A stretch of DNA of 64,000 bases. It comes from a virus. The notes under the pieces were generated by a model that did no database searches, had not been told where the DNA came from, and saw only the letters and a list, made by a program, of their open reading frames with translations. Where the stretch lies: the IMG/VR virus record IMGVR_UViG_3300029305_006397. One strand, given 5' to 3'. Positions 27,884 to 38,095 of the stretch are shown piece by piece. How positions within the stretch are numbered: the first letter of the stretch is position 1; each line of letters begins with the position of its first letter. The position numbers were made by a program, and so were the translations under genes.

Positions 27884-29071
27884 CTACATGGCATTCAGCC
27901 AGGAAAGATCAAGTTCGGGTTCAGGCTCTCTTCTCACCGATGCATTAACTTGAGAGCCGACGCCAGCAAACAAATTACCTCCGTTTTTACTATCGTTTTT
28001 CTTTTCAAGATAGGCATAGTACGGACGATGTAAAATGGGAGAATATCCACACAGAGTAGACAAGAAGTATTCGTTTTCTTTGATGCTTTCATCGCTATCC
28101 CAGAAGGCAAGATCGGTATTACGAGCCTTGTGCTCTTCAATTCTCATATTGATATCGACAATCGCCTTATTGATATAATCAATCCAATAAGAAATGATTT
28201 CCTGATTGATATCGATATAGACATAGCAATCGGATATTTTATACAGGGCCTGAATTTCAGGCGGCAATACCTTGATGGAATTAGAATCCAGTAATTCACG
28301 AAGATATTCATCTGTGATTTCATCGGAATATCCATAGGTTTTAAGCCACATTTTTACATTTGCCTGAAGAGATTCGCCAATTTTACAACGCTCAATATCG
28401 CGAACCTTGGTAGAACCATTTTTCAATGGATGTTCTACCGTTACATACTTTAAGAAGTTCCAGGCACAGCGGATTTTATCAAGCGGAATACCCATTTGGT
28501 TCAAAGCTATGGCATAGATTACCAACTGACCGGATTTTTCCTGAGCTGTTTTTCCTGCATAAACTGTTGATGTTTTCCAATCGATAATATGGAAATTATC
28601 TTCATCATCCTTCATAGTTACATCGATATAGCCCTGGAATACATGATCTCCAATTTTCGCAGCCACAAACTTTTCAAGAGCAGGTTTATACTTTAACTTA
28701 GTATGATTCGCAAAGAAGTGCAGGAGGTTTTCTTTGTACTTACGAGCAATATTTGCATTTTTGTTAGGATCATTACGATCAAATTTCAGGTCTGCCAAAT
28801 CAATGGCAGTGAGCCAGCCATCTTCAAAATGAGATAGCATATCAGAATATTTAATTTCGCCATTATAAAAGGCTTCAAGAGCTGAATGACAAATGGAACC
28901 CATAGGTGCATAAGCAGAATCATTTCTATCTTCTTCTACATGGCGGATATATTTCAAATAAAAAAGATAAGGAGAAATAATAGCAGTGTCCAATTTAGAC
29001 CAAGACCATAATTCAGATACGCCATATTTTTCTTTTACAGCATTTAGTTGTTCCCTTGTAAGGCGAGCCAT
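27884..29071 (-). CDS. PD-(D/E)XK nuclease (RecB/Cas4-like exonuclease)
   Basis: Motifs GSICHSALE, YIDV...IIDWKTS (D..D/ExK) and QLVIY (QxxxY). Confidence 0.7.
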   Translation of the reverse strand: MARLTREQLNAVKEKYGVSELWSWSKLDTAIISPYLFYLKYIRHVEEDRNDSAYAPMGSICHSALEAFYNGEIKYSDMLSHFEDGWLTAIDLADLKFDRNDPNKNANIARKYKENLLHFFANHTKLKYKPALEKFVAAKIGDHVFQGYIDVTMKDDEDNFHIIDWKTSTVYAGKTAQEKSGQLVIYAIALNQMGIPLDKIRCAWNFLKYVTVEHPLKNGSTKVRDIERCKIGESLQANVKMWLKTYGYSDEITDEYLRELLDSNSIKVLPPEIQALYKISDCYVYIDINQEIISYWIDYINKAIVDINMRIEEHKARNTDLAFWDSDESIKENEYFLSTLCGYSPILHRPYYAYLEKKNDSKNGGNLFAGVGSQVNASVRREPEPELDLSWLNAM

Positions 29072-29094
29072 ATATTATCACTTCCTTTATTTTT

Positions 29095-29113
29095 TTTGCA
29101 CTTAATGTTTATT
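29095..29113 (-). promoter_or_regulatory. conserved promoter-like motif
   Basis: TTTGCACTTAATGTTTATT, 23 nt upstream of the nuclease ATG. Overlaps the methyltransferase stop codon. Confidence 0.6.
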
Positions 29114-29839
29114 GGTGCTTGACAATCGCCGAAAAGCAACATCGAAGTATTTATCATCAAGTTCAAAGCCAATATAATGTCTATCCTCAATTTTCGCAGC
29201 CAGACAGGATGTACCGGAGCCCATGCAATTATCGAGGACGATATCTCCCGGATTTGTGTATGTGCGAACAAGCCATTGGCAAAGTTCCAAGGATTTTTGA
29301 GTTGGATGAATTGCCACAGAAGGATGCGGCTTTGGAAAAGTGAGAATAGATTTGGGATGTTTCATATTGCCAAGCTGATCAGAGTTATCGACAAAGTTGT
29401 AATCGCCGTAATTCTCGTTGGCATTTTCTTTTGGACGGCCTTTTGAGTGATTCTTCGCTCCGACTACCTTCTGAGGATTGTATGTGGGCTGCTTTTGATA
29501 GAAAACACAGATTTCTTCGTGAGAGCGAAGCGGCATGCGGTTTGCATTTAAAAATCCTGATGTAAGAACCTTGTCCCATACAAGGTTGTAACGCCACCAT
29601 TTAGGATTTGAAAGCATGAGATTTGCTTCGAACATGCCATCTGCGAATAGGCAAATGGCTGTATTAGGTTTTGCGATTCGCCTATATTGCTCCCAAAGTT
29701 TATCCAGAGGGATAACCGAATCCCATTTATTCTTGGTGACGCCATACGGAAGATCGCAGAGAATCATATCTATACTGGCATCCGGAAGATCGGACATAAG
29801 CTCAAGACAATCACCCTGTTTTAAATAATCGCATTTCAT
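29102..29839 (-). CDS. DNA methyltransferase (beta-class N6A/N4C type)
   Basis: Motif IV LCDLPYG near the N-terminus and motif I DNCMGSGTS near the C-terminus. Start at MKCDYL (SD AAGGAGG). Confidence 0.8.
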   Translation of the reverse strand: MKCDYLKQGDCLELMSDLPDASIDMILCDLPYGVTKNKWDSVIPLDKLWEQYRRIAKPNTAICLFADGMFEANLMLSNPKWWRYNLVWDKVLTSGFLNANRMPLRSHEEICVFYQKQPTYNPQKVVGAKNHSKGRPKENANENYGDYNFVDNSDQLGNMKHPKSILTFPKPHPSVAIHPTQKSLELCQWLVRTYTNPGDIVLDNCMGSGTSCLAAKIEDRHYIGFELDDKYFDVAFRRLSSTNKH

Positions 29840-29840
29840 T

Positions 29841-30917
29841 TTATCCTCCTTTGTTTTTGCAGCTATCGATAAATTTCTTATGTTCAGATTCGTCATAGGT
29901 TATTCTGAATTGAAAGAGATAATCATAAATCTTCATCCGCGCATCAGCTGGACTGTCCTTTTCACCCAGAAGATCAAACTTATCATAAATATAAGACACT
30001 TTGCGATGTCTCCACAGTTTCTCACACATATTCCAAACTTCTCTCTGCGGCACATCCTTATCCAGTGCAATCACAATTTCCTGTACATCCAGCCCAAGCA
30101 AAATGCGCCGTTGCTCTTCTGACATGAACTTGCCAGACAAAGCAACTAAAGTAGGATCGTTCAGTGAATCGCGTTTCAAAACAGATTTTTCGCTTTCTAC
30201 AACGACTACATATCCGGCTTTTTCGATGCTTTCCCGGTTTTCCCATAGTCCATAAAGATTGATGGATTTGTTGTAACCCGGAGGCAGATAATACTTTTTA
30301 ATTCCGAGCATTTCCCAATTTGGAACAGTAGTACGCATGTTATACCCGATTAGATCGCCCGTAAGCCAATATCGATGCGGGATTACGACCCTGCTATATT
30401 CATAAGAATACATGAGTCCAAATTTCTTGCGTGTCCATTCCATTACACCTTCATGCACCCAATCTATGTGGAGATACGGAACATAGTCTTCAAAAATAGC
30501 TTCGTCATAAACATCAATTTCTTCGACATTAACGCGAGAATATGTTGCATAGCTCTTAATTCTTCTGCCAAATCCGTTCGACTTCTTTTTAATTGGCTTC
30601 TTTGCATTTTTATATTCCAGGCCAAGAATAGAGTGCAAATACTTTATTGCTTCAATAAAAGACATTTGCTTGGCATACTGAACAAGTGTAATTAAATCTG
30701 ACATTTCATCGAAATCAGCCGGACGAGTCCAATTAACAACATTAAGATATTCATTATTTTGAACATTAATGGCCGTATCATTATCGCCGTCATGATTTGC
30801 ACAGGAATAATAATTTTTTTGCGGATGATATTTGATGTGATGACAGCCAATGCTTTCAAGCACATGTTCTATCTTTTCATTTTTGAAAATGTGTTGCTTT
30901 AATTCAGTTACTGTCAT
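29841..30917 (-). CDS. DNA primase (zinc finger + Toprim)
   Basis: N-terminal CHH..H...C.NH Zn-binding region, with Toprim-like VVVESEKSV and ALDKD. Confidence 0.65.
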   Translation of the reverse strand: MTVTELKQHIFKNEKIEHVLESIGCHHIKYHPQKNYYSCANHDGDNDTAINVQNNEYLNVVNWTRPADFDEMSDLITLVQYAKQMSFIEAIKYLHSILGLEYKNAKKPIKKKSNGFGRRIKSYATYSRVNVEEIDVYDEAIFEDYVPYLHIDWVHEGVMEWTRKKFGLMYSYEYSRVVIPHRYWLTGDLIGYNMRTTVPNWEMLGIKKYYLPPGYNKSINLYGLWENRESIEKAGYVVVVESEKSVLKRDSLNDPTLVALSGKFMSEEQRRILLGLDVQEIVIALDKDVPQREVWNMCEKLWRHRKVSYIYDKFDLLGEKDSPADARMKIYDYLFQFRITYDESEHKKFIDSCKNKGG

Positions 30918-30939
30918 ACAGAAGCTCCTTTACAAAGGA

Positions 30940-32433
30940 TTACCAATCCAGGGGTACATTACAGAATCCAATATCTTTATATGTATTGGTAGACAAATCA
31001 CATTCAGATATAATCTGACGGACATCAGTATTACCGAAGCGATTTTTCAATACGAATGTAATCATATAACTCTTACCTCGTTCAAGTTCAAAATTTACAA
31101 GAGTTCCTTTCCCTTCTTCGCGCCAACACTTCAATGCTCGTGGTTCACCCTTATATTCATCATCATAAGGGCGGCGCATCATGAAATTTACAGACATGAC
31201 ATCCAGAATGGATTTTGCTTGTCCAATTTCATTGTTGGTAAGATGACGCATTTTTAAGCTGCCTTTGCCAAGCTGATAAGTTACGAAGAGTCCAACATTT
31301 CTTGCAGCAGGTTTTACGACATCATAAAGAGCGACCATATCTCGCATCATAGATTTAAAAATTTCATCAGTTTTTGCGTCTGCGCTTTCTTTTAGCGTAT
31401 CGAGGACAAAAATTTTAACGCCAAACGAAGCATATTTATTGATAATTTTTTTAGCAGTATTGACCGTATATCGCTCCAAAGGAATCACAATAACATATCC
31501 AGCCTTTTTACGCTCATCGATCCATGCCTCGCATTTGCTCATAAGCTCAGAATGGTTTTCTAAAAAACCACCGCGCCTGAACACCTGCTTTTGAAAATCA
31601 GCTTTGTATATATTATTTGCCACCCATATAACAAGTTCCAGCTGAAATTTGCGCTGATCTTCTTCATTAATAATGAATACGACTCTCTGATTTGTGTCCA
31701 TTGCAGATGGGAACAAGTAATTAAATGCCATAGTAGATTTACCGACACCAGAACCAGCACCAAGGCCATAAATGTTTCCATCATAATTGAATCCACAAGT
31801 TTCATTAGTAAGAAGTTCTGCTCCATGGAACGGGATACCGCACGAGATACCACTGTCCATTTCGCGAATATACTCACCGATATTATCAAAAATATTGTAT
31901 TGCTTAATGCCTTCGACTTTATTTGCAAAAATACTGCTGATGACATATTCAAATTCATCATAAATATCTTCAACGGAAACATCTGCAAAACGTGAAAGTT
32001 TATCTTCTACGGGAAAACCTTGCTTTGCCAGTTCTAAGACAGCTTGCCATTTCCGCAATTCCATAATGTAAGCATCGAAATTCTCAGTAATAACATATTT
32101 AGAACCGGCTTCCGCTTCTTCCCAAGCACCATATTCTTCATATTTTGTTTTCAACTTAGGATGTTTGTCCAAATAAAAATTCACCGTACCGGAATCAAGG
32201 GTTTTCTTTCTTTCGCTGACAAGAACGCCATAAGCAATTGCAAAATACACACGGCAACAATCATCATCAAAACTATCTACAGATAGATTATTGTCCTCGA
32301 AAATCAAATCCGGCTGTTTATAAATCGCAGCAATAATATTTGATTCTGCATTTCGCTTATATTCGAAAATTCTATTTATAATACGCTCTCGTTCAGCTTC
32401 GAACGGAGTTTGTTTTTTGTTTTTTTCTGCCAT
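30940..32433 (-). CDS. DnaB-like replicative helicase
   Basis: Walker A GAGSGVGKST in the C-terminal RecA-like half. Start at MAEKNKK (SD AGAGGTGA). Confidence 0.7.
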   Translation of the reverse strand: MAEKNKKQTPFEAERERIINRIFEYKRNAESNIIAAIYKQPDLIFEDNNLSVDSFDDDCCRVYFAIAYGVLVSERKKTLDSGTVNFYLDKHPKLKTKYEEYGAWEEAEAGSKYVITENFDAYIMELRKWQAVLELAKQGFPVEDKLSRFADVSVEDIYDEFEYVISSIFANKVEGIKQYNIFDNIGEYIREMDSGISCGIPFHGAELLTNETCGFNYDGNIYGLGAGSGVGKSTMAFNYLFPSAMDTNQRVVFIINEEDQRKFQLELVIWVANNIYKADFQKQVFRRGGFLENHSELMSKCEAWIDERKKAGYVIVIPLERYTVNTAKKIINKYASFGVKIFVLDTLKESADAKTDEIFKSMMRDMVALYDVVKPAARNVGLFVTYQLGKGSLKMRHLTNNEIGQAKSILDVMSVNFMMRRPYDDEYKGEPRALKCWREEGKGTLVNFELERGKSYMITFVLKNRFGNTDVRQIISECDLSTNTYKDIGFCNVPLDW

Positions 32434-32450
32434 GAGGAAAATCACCTCTA

Positions 32451-33179
32451 TTAGAATGCGTCTGCAAATACGCCAGTTTTTTCTTTAAGTTTTTTATCCG
32501 AAGAATGAGCGTTTACATAACGCCCCATTTGTTCTTCATAGGTTTCAATGGGAACGGCAGATAATGCCCTATCTTGCATTGCACGTTCATGGGCTTTCAT
32601 TGCTTCCAGTACCTGATTTAAGTGTTTTGCAACGATTGTGCATACATAAGAAAGTTTATGATAATCGCTGGAAAACTTCTTATTTTTTACTACCCAATCA
32701 ATTTTATCTTTGCAGGCAATAAATGTATTTAAAACGACTCGATCAGAATAATTAGCCAGCGCTTCCTTTCTATAATCAGCAATTTTCTGCCCACGTTTTA
32801 ATCCAACAAGCAAAAGCATCATATGCGAAGGAATATTTACTTCTTCGGGATAATGCAGAATCTCATACTTCACATGCCGATACAACAAATCCCAATCTGT
32901 ATCGGACAGGTATTCTCGTCTTTTTCTTGTGCAGCCACAAGACAAGATTGTTTTTCGAGTCTTCTTTAATGTGTTATCTGCTACCTCAACTTCTTTGCCA
33001 CAATCACATCTGCAAAGCCAGGTTTTATTGGTTCCCTTGGGAGCTTCAGTGATGACATTTCCATTTTCATCTTTTCTTTTTTTGCCCCTGGTAGGTTTAT
33101 TGCCGACAAAAGCGATAACAGTGAGCATATCAAACTTTTTGCCAATCATATCGTTATCTTGAATGATTTCAACACACAT
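32451..33179 (-). CDS. hypothetical protein with zinc-ribbon
   Basis: Start at MCVEII (SD AAAGGAG). Contains CRCDCG...SCGC. Confidence 0.55.
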   Translation of the reverse strand: MCVEIIQDNDMIGKKFDMLTVIAFVGNKPTRGKKRKDENGNVITEAPKGTNKTWLCRCDCGKEVEVADNTLKKTRKTILSCGCTRKRREYLSDTDWDLLYRHVKYEILHYPEEVNIPSHMMLLLVGLKRGQKIADYRKEALANYSDRVVLNTFIACKDKIDWVVKNKKFSSDYHKLSYVCTIVAKHLNQVLEAMKAHERAMQDRALSAVPIETYEEQMGRYVNAHSSDKKLKEKTGVFADAF

Positions 33180-33193
33180 ATAAATCTCCTTTT

Positions 33194-33219
33194 GCCCCTT
33201 ATGGAAAACCATAAGGGGC
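33194..33219 (-). other. perfect 11-bp stem-loop immediately 5' of an SD
   Basis: GCCCCTTATGG aaaa CCATAAGGGGC, with no U-tract on either strand. Confidence 0.55.
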
Positions 33220-33229
33220 GATAGACGAA

Positions 33230-34363
33230 TTAAGCTTCAGATTCAATCATTGCGAAAATGGTTTTTGCATCTTCAAGCTTGGTAATCTTGGAGGGATTTT
33301 CATATCCCAATTCCTTGCACTTCATGAGTACCGGACGGATAACTTCGATATTGGTTTTATTCTCAGTAAAGAACTGAATAATATTGGTAATCACAGCATT
33401 CAATTCATTCTTTACCGCAATGCCAGCCAAACGTGCCTCCTGCTGGGCAGACTGTTTGTTGCGAGCTTCATCAATGGATACGCCGGACTTGCTATGTTCG
33501 GCTGCAATGGCATCAGTAATTGCCTTAATAAGGGCATCAACATCCATAGGAATAGATTCAACGATATTGCTAAAGCGAGATTTGGAATCGATAACAAAAT
33601 TATCATCGCGGAAAGTAATCTTTCTGGTTTCTCCCTTTACAACGCCCTTTTCAATATCCTTGCCTGTAACGGCATTCTTCTTGCCAGTTTTCTGCTTTAC
33701 AATTTCACGATCTACCGCTGCAACGCCCAGGAAATGTACCTTAGTTTTAATGGCATTAAAATACTTCTGGGACATATTGGTGGTGAGCTGCATATAATCT
33801 TCGCCAGTGACGGGATCGGTGACATTGCGAGACTTTGTGTGACCGATTACGATAAAGGATACGCCCACCTTCTTCAACGCCCACAGGCGATCCAGAACGA
33901 TTTCAATTGCCTTTTCCTCACCTGCCTGGAAGCCGCCAAATGCACCCTTAATAGATTTGACGCGCTTGGTGGGGTTTTCATGGTTGTGCATAGCGATAAC
34001 TTCAGGTTCTGCAATAGCAAAGAGTTCATCATAGGTATCGACGACAACAACCTTCAGATCGGCCCAATCCGTAGTGCGATTATCTACAACGTCTTCCACG
34101 AAAGTATTGAAACCGATAGAGTTGGTTTCTTCATCGTATTCCTGATCCCATTCGGGGCAATTCAGGAAATTGATGCCATCAATTGCATCTGCACCATCTT
34201 CCTTACCAATTTCAAGGAACATGTATCCATCGGAGCCAGCAAGCTTTTCAACATACTGCTTGATAATAGTGGTTTTACCGATACCGGATTCGCCGATCAA
34301 CGCAAGATTATAAGCAAGCGGATCGATCTTGATTTCATTTTTCTTGCCATACTTCATTTTCAT
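33230..34363 (-). CDS. AAA/RecA-like ATPase (Sak4-like)
   Basis: Walker A GESGIGKTT and Walker B VVVVDTYDE. Confidence 0.65.
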   Translation of the reverse strand: MKMKYGKKNEIKIDPLAYNLALIGESGIGKTTIIKQYVEKLAGSDGYMFLEIGKEDGADAIDGINFLNCPEWDQEYDEETNSIGFNTFVEDVVDNRTTDWADLKVVVVDTYDELFAIAEPEVIAMHNHENPTKRVKSIKGAFGGFQAGEEKAIEIVLDRLWALKKVGVSFIVIGHTKSRNVTDPVTGEDYMQLTTNMSQKYFNAIKTKVHFLGVAAVDREIVKQKTGKKNAVTGKDIEKGVVKGETRKITFRDDNFVIDSKSRFSNIVESIPMDVDALIKAITDAIAAEHSKSGVSIDEARNKQSAQQEARLAGIAVKNELNAVITNIIQFFTENKTNIEVIRPVLMKCKELGYENPSKITKLEDAKTIFAMIESEA

Positions 34364-34390
34364 ATCAACTATTGTCCTTTCACATTAATT

Positions 34391-34409
34391 TTTGCACTTA
34401 ATGTTTATT
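34391..34409 (-). promoter_or_regulatory. conserved promoter-like motif
   Basis: TTTGCACTTAATGTTTATT, 27 nt upstream of the ATPase ATG. Overlaps the upstream stop codon. Confidence 0.6.
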
Positions 34410-35595
34410 GCAATTTATTAAGCCAATCAATAGAGAGCTCTGCATCTCCCATATCGATAGGATTATCATCATCCTCTTCGTCTTCTTCAACTTCTGCATT
34501 TTCAGAAGACATGCAAGGCAGAATTAAATCATCTTCGGTGTAGCGATTCTCGAACTTGAGCAGTACGGTGGTTTTATTATCTTCATCGCCTTCGTTACGA
34601 GTGAAAGGCTTGGTAAGCACCATTCGCTCAACGCGATTTCCATTTCCGGAACAACGTGCGATTGCTTCTTCCAGGCTGAAAATTTCAAGATCAACAAGAC
34701 CACGGATATCATCAGGAAGATCATCATAGGTAATAGAAGCAGAAGCCCTGCCAGACACAAATTCACCCTCAAAGGTGATCTGAGTATAGCCCTTACTTAC
34801 TTTGAAAAGCTTTTCCACAATCTTCTTGCACAGAGCTTCCTTTTCAAAGTTCATTCCAAATTCGTACTGGACATCAAAGGGGAACTGACTCTTTACTTCC
34901 TGGCCGTTGTATTCTTTCATATAATCGAGAACTTTAGCATCAACGAACATTACGCCCTTTTCCTTATCAACATTTTTAAGGGAAGCGGAAAGCTTATCGA
35001 GCAAAATAGACTGGGTAAAACGAGCATGATGATATTCTTCCGCAGCTTCAGAAAGAATAATGGTATCGATATTCTTGCGAATCTGGACACGATCCTGATA
35101 CATGGAGTAACGCAAGGAGCCGCGCACATTTACGGTAGTACCATCTTCCAGATGATCCTTAATGTAAGCAATTGCATCATAAGCAGACAAGAACTTCTTG
35201 CGGAAAAGCTTATTCTTTGTGGTCTTTTCAAGGCCAACAGTGATAAAGGAGCGATCGCCAATCTTTTCCAGAATAGATTCATCAAAGCGATCTTCCCAGG
35301 CGACCTCAATCTGATCATCATAATTATCGGAGCCATCGTCATTTTTGCCGTGGGCATAGATGACACCAGGCTTTTCGTCGCTATAGCCTCCCATAAGTTC
35401 AGCATAAACAATGCCGTTTTTATCGCCGCAATCTATACCCAGATACATGTTGTTATAAATCCAGGAAGACTTTTCGGCATGTTCATCAATTTTAAAAGTT
35501 TTTTCGGTAACTTTGGCCTTGCCCGTCAGGTTGAAGGAAGAAATCCAGTCGGTACGGTTAATGGTCTTTTTAGAGGTGTTTGTTTTTTTAGCCAT
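34405..35595 (-). CDS. putative single-stranded DNA-binding protein
   Basis: 396 aa with a strongly acidic C-terminal tail (EEDEEDDDNPIDMGD), located in the replication module. Call is inferred. Confidence 0.4.
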   Translation of the reverse strand: MAKKTNTSKKTINRTDWISSFNLTGKAKVTEKTFKIDEHAEKSSWIYNNMYLGIDCGDKNGIVYAELMGGYSDEKPGVIYAHGKNDDGSDNYDDQIEVAWEDRFDESILEKIGDRSFITVGLEKTTKNKLFRKKFLSAYDAIAYIKDHLEDGTTVNVRGSLRYSMYQDRVQIRKNIDTIILSEAAEEYHHARFTQSILLDKLSASLKNVDKEKGVMFVDAKVLDYMKEYNGQEVKSQFPFDVQYEFGMNFEKEALCKKIVEKLFKVSKGYTQITFEGEFVSGRASASITYDDLPDDIRGLVDLEIFSLEEAIARCSGNGNRVERMVLTKPFTRNEGDEDNKTTVLLKFENRYTEDDLILPCMSSENAEVEEDEEDDDNPIDMGDAELSIDWLNKLQ

Positions 35596-35648
35596 AATAT
35601 TATTTCTCCTTTGAAATAAGATATATATACTAAAAGCAAATTAGCTTA

Positions 35649-36071
35649 TTAGTTAAGATAAAACTCTACCAGGTGTTCAACAGCACCTTTTAAGCCGGAG
35701 CACATACGAGTGCAGCATTCAAGAAGCCAAGGATGCAAAGATTTGGAATCTCCAAATCCAATCACCGGAATGCGATATTCCTTGGCGATTGCCAATTCCA
35801 TAGCAGTTCCAATGCTGGATGGATTGTTGAAATTTACTACAACAACATCGGACTTTCGAAGCATAGCCAGATCAAATTCCATGGCTTCGCGTTCGCAAGT
35901 ATGTGCATTGGTAAAAACAGAATAATAATCCGGAGGAGAAAAAACGGTAAAAGGCTTAGACGGAGCATATTGGAACTTCAATGCATCTTTTATACGATTT
36001 CTCCATTCCGTCTGATCCACAAGAGACATACCAGTCATTCCGCCAGAAAGATAGATGCGAACTTCATTCAT
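35649..36071 (-). CDS. nucleoside 2-deoxyribosyltransferase-like protein
   Basis: IYLSGGM ... GTAMELAIAKEYRIPVIGF pattern of the NDT/RCL family. Confidence 0.55.
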   Translation of the reverse strand: MNEVRIYLSGGMTGMSLVDQTEWRNRIKDALKFQYAPSKPFTVFSPPDYYSVFTNAHTCEREAMEFDLAMLRKSDVVVVNFNNPSSIGTAMELAIAKEYRIPVIGFGDSKSLHPWLLECCTRMCSGLKGAVEHLVEFYLN

Positions 36072-36510
36072 TGGTATCTACATCCTTTTCCGTAATTTCT
36101 TTTGCATGCCTCGGCAACAAATCTGCATTTTGCAGGACATTTCCAATGACTTCTATGTAAGGAGACATCGATTTTTCAATGGGATAAAAATGCATTTCGA
36201 TATCATCGAGCATGATATATCCGCAGAGTTCTTCTGCGAAAGAAATGACACCGACAACTTCTTTATCTTCCAGTGGCAATGCTAATTTGCAAATATCACC
36301 TTCGTGAATATCGACATACTTTTTATCACAGATTCCAATAGCATTGTGATACTTATAATCGGTAAAAGACAGACGCCGGATTTTGCCAAATGAAAGAAAC
36401 GCTCTTTTCCATTGGTAAAGATCACCATCCGGAGAAAGGAATGCATTATCTGAACTGGATAAGAATCGAGATTCGGGAATAGAATAAACTCTAAAGGACA
36501 TGGTTATCAC
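36064..36510 (-). CDS. YopX-like protein
   Basis: C-terminal ...IEVIGNVLQNADLL resembles the YopX signature also seen in 39081..39506. Confidence 0.45.
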   Translation of the reverse strand: MITMSFRVYSIPESRFLSSSDNAFLSPDGDLYQWKRAFLSFGKIRRLSFTDYKYHNAIGICDKKYVDIHEGDICKLALPLEDKEVVGVISFAEELCGYIMLDDIEMHFYPIEKSMSPYIEVIGNVLQNADLLPRHAKEITEKDVDTNE

Positions 36511-37164
36511 CTACTTTATATAAGTTCTATTATCTTTTAATTCCCTTGATTTGAGAATGAAAGAACGATAAGTTTCGTAGTTAAGAATACAAGTGTCGAA
36601 TCCAGAATTAACGTCAATAAGACGCTCTCCGCAAGCCAATTCAAAACTATTAGCCGCAGCAACAATATAAATAGTAGAATCAGGATTTTCGCGAATCAAA
36701 AAATTAAAAAGATGCTCTTTAACTTCAAGAATATTATCGATAGATAACCCGGAATCAATCGCATCAAATAAGAACCACAGTTCAGGTTCGCCGCGATAAT
36801 TCCTGCAAAACCTGCCTATTTTCGCAGCCATTTGACCAAGGGCAAGAATAATATTTTCACCTTCGCTTGAACACATGGCTGTACCAACCAGATTCCAATC
36901 CTGTTGGAGTGCAGCCGCGCCTTTTACATATTCAGCGCCATCGGTAAGATTATTAAAGGCAATAACCGGAATATTAGAAGATTCAAGCTGATCTTTTAAT
37001 TGACGAAGCAAAGTGGTTTTTCCAGACCCATTACATCCACCCAATATGTTGACGCCAGGGGTGAAAACATAATTTCGATCCGCAAGTATCGCACATCCAG
37101 TATCCATATAATCCGGATGAAATTTAAAGGATTTAGAATAAACGTCTGTATTCATAATCATCAC
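36511..37164 (-). CDS. ABC/SMC-like ATPase
   Basis: Walker A GCNGSGKTT, signature-like SSEGE and Walker B LWFLFDAIDSG. Confidence 0.6.
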   Translation of the reverse strand: MMIMNTDVYSKSFKFHPDYMDTGCAILADRNYVFTPGVNILGGCNGSGKTTLLRQLKDQLESSNIPVIAFNNLTDGAEYVKGAAALQQDWNLVGTAMCSSEGENIILALGQMAAKIGRFCRNYRGEPELWFLFDAIDSGLSIDNILEVKEHLFNFLIRENPDSTIYIVAAANSFELACGERLIDVNSGFDTCILNYETYRSFILKSRELKDNRTYIK

Positions 37165-37171
37165 CTACAAG

Positions 37172-37489
37172 TTACATATCCATACTTTCGATTAACGGAT
37201 AACAGAACCAATGCCATACATAAGGATCAGACGTTGCAACAGTGGTATTCAAAAAAGAATCCAAGTGATTATAAAATGCTGGGGTACTTAGATTATGCCC
37301 AGTTCCGGCTCTGAACACGACCCATTCCTGTGGATCAGCCATTGTATCGACAACAGCCCACAAGCAAGCACAGCCATCTTTATAATCAACCTTTAGAGGC
37401 TTAATGATCGGCGCAGTTACATATTGGGTTTCAAAGAAGTCCAAAGAGAATTTACGAATTGTAATCACAGCAAGCACTCCCTTTTGCAT
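37172..37489 (-). CDS. hypothetical protein
   Basis: 105-aa ORF. The ATG at 37489 has no SD; the alternative GTG at 37468 has AAGGGAG and a GTGA overlap with the upstream stop. Confidence 0.5.
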   Translation of the reverse strand: MQKGVLAVITIRKFSLDFFETQYVTAPIIKPLKVDYKDGCACLWAVVDTMADPQEWVVFRAGTGHNLSTPAFYNHLDSFLNTTVATSDPYVWHWFCYPLIESMDM

Positions 37490-37896
37490 GTGTTGATTGC
37501 ATATAGGGAAATTCGAGCAAACTTAGAAACATCGCCGCATTTTCCTTCCGAAAGCGCAGAATAATGGGAAATAGCATTTTCCACATCATCCGAAGAATAG
37601 GATTCAAACGGAAGTTTTCTTTCGTTGGAAGTGGGCATATGCAACCAGATTCGCCAATCAATACCGTAGTCATATTCGCGAAGAAAATCATCCGGATTTG
37701 CGCCAAAGACACCGACCAGGTAATCATCATAAAAATCTACGACACCAGCGGATAAACCGGATGCAGCACGTTCTATAAAACAGGGAAAACCAATGCAATC
37801 CATTTTTTCATCGAAGTATTCATAAACATCGCGAACTTCTTTAAGGGTTAAAGGACGAGATTCATTCATTAATTGATCGAACTGTACTTGAGTCAT
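37465..37896 (-). CDS. hypothetical protein
   Basis: Start at MTQVQFD (37896). Confidence 0.5.
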   Translation of the reverse strand: MTQVQFDQLMNESRPLTLKEVRDVYEYFDEKMDCIGFPCFIERAASGLSAGVVDFYDDYLVGVFGANPDDFLREYDYGIDWRIWLHMPTSNERKLPFESYSSDDVENAISHYSALSEGKCGDVSKFARISLYAINTCKRECLL

Positions 37897-38095
37897 GTAA
37901 AACCACCAGCTTTCTAAGTGCATCATTTTCATTTTGTAGAGCTTTAATGGCGAGTTCGTCTACACCGGATTGATGACGAAGCTGCCATAGTTCTTTGCGA
38001 TCCTGTTGATTTGTAGTATGTCCATGTTTAAATCCAAGAGAATATGCCATAACGGATATAAGCAAGAGTATAAGCATTAAGAATGGGAAGTCCAT
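37862..38095 (-). CDS. hypothetical single-pass membrane protein
   Basis: N-terminal hydrophobic segment FLMLILLLISVMAYSLGF followed by a coiled-coil-like tail. Confidence 0.5.
   Translation of the reverse strand: MDFPFLMLILLLISVMAYSLGFKHGHTTNQQDRKELWQLRHQSGVDELAIKALQNENDALRKLVVLHDSSTVRSINE

Noticed and set aside
33494-34543. 349-aa plus-strand ORF
   Set aside because: It is antisense to the AAA ATPase and SSB-like genes, crosses their intergenic promoter motif, and has no SD.
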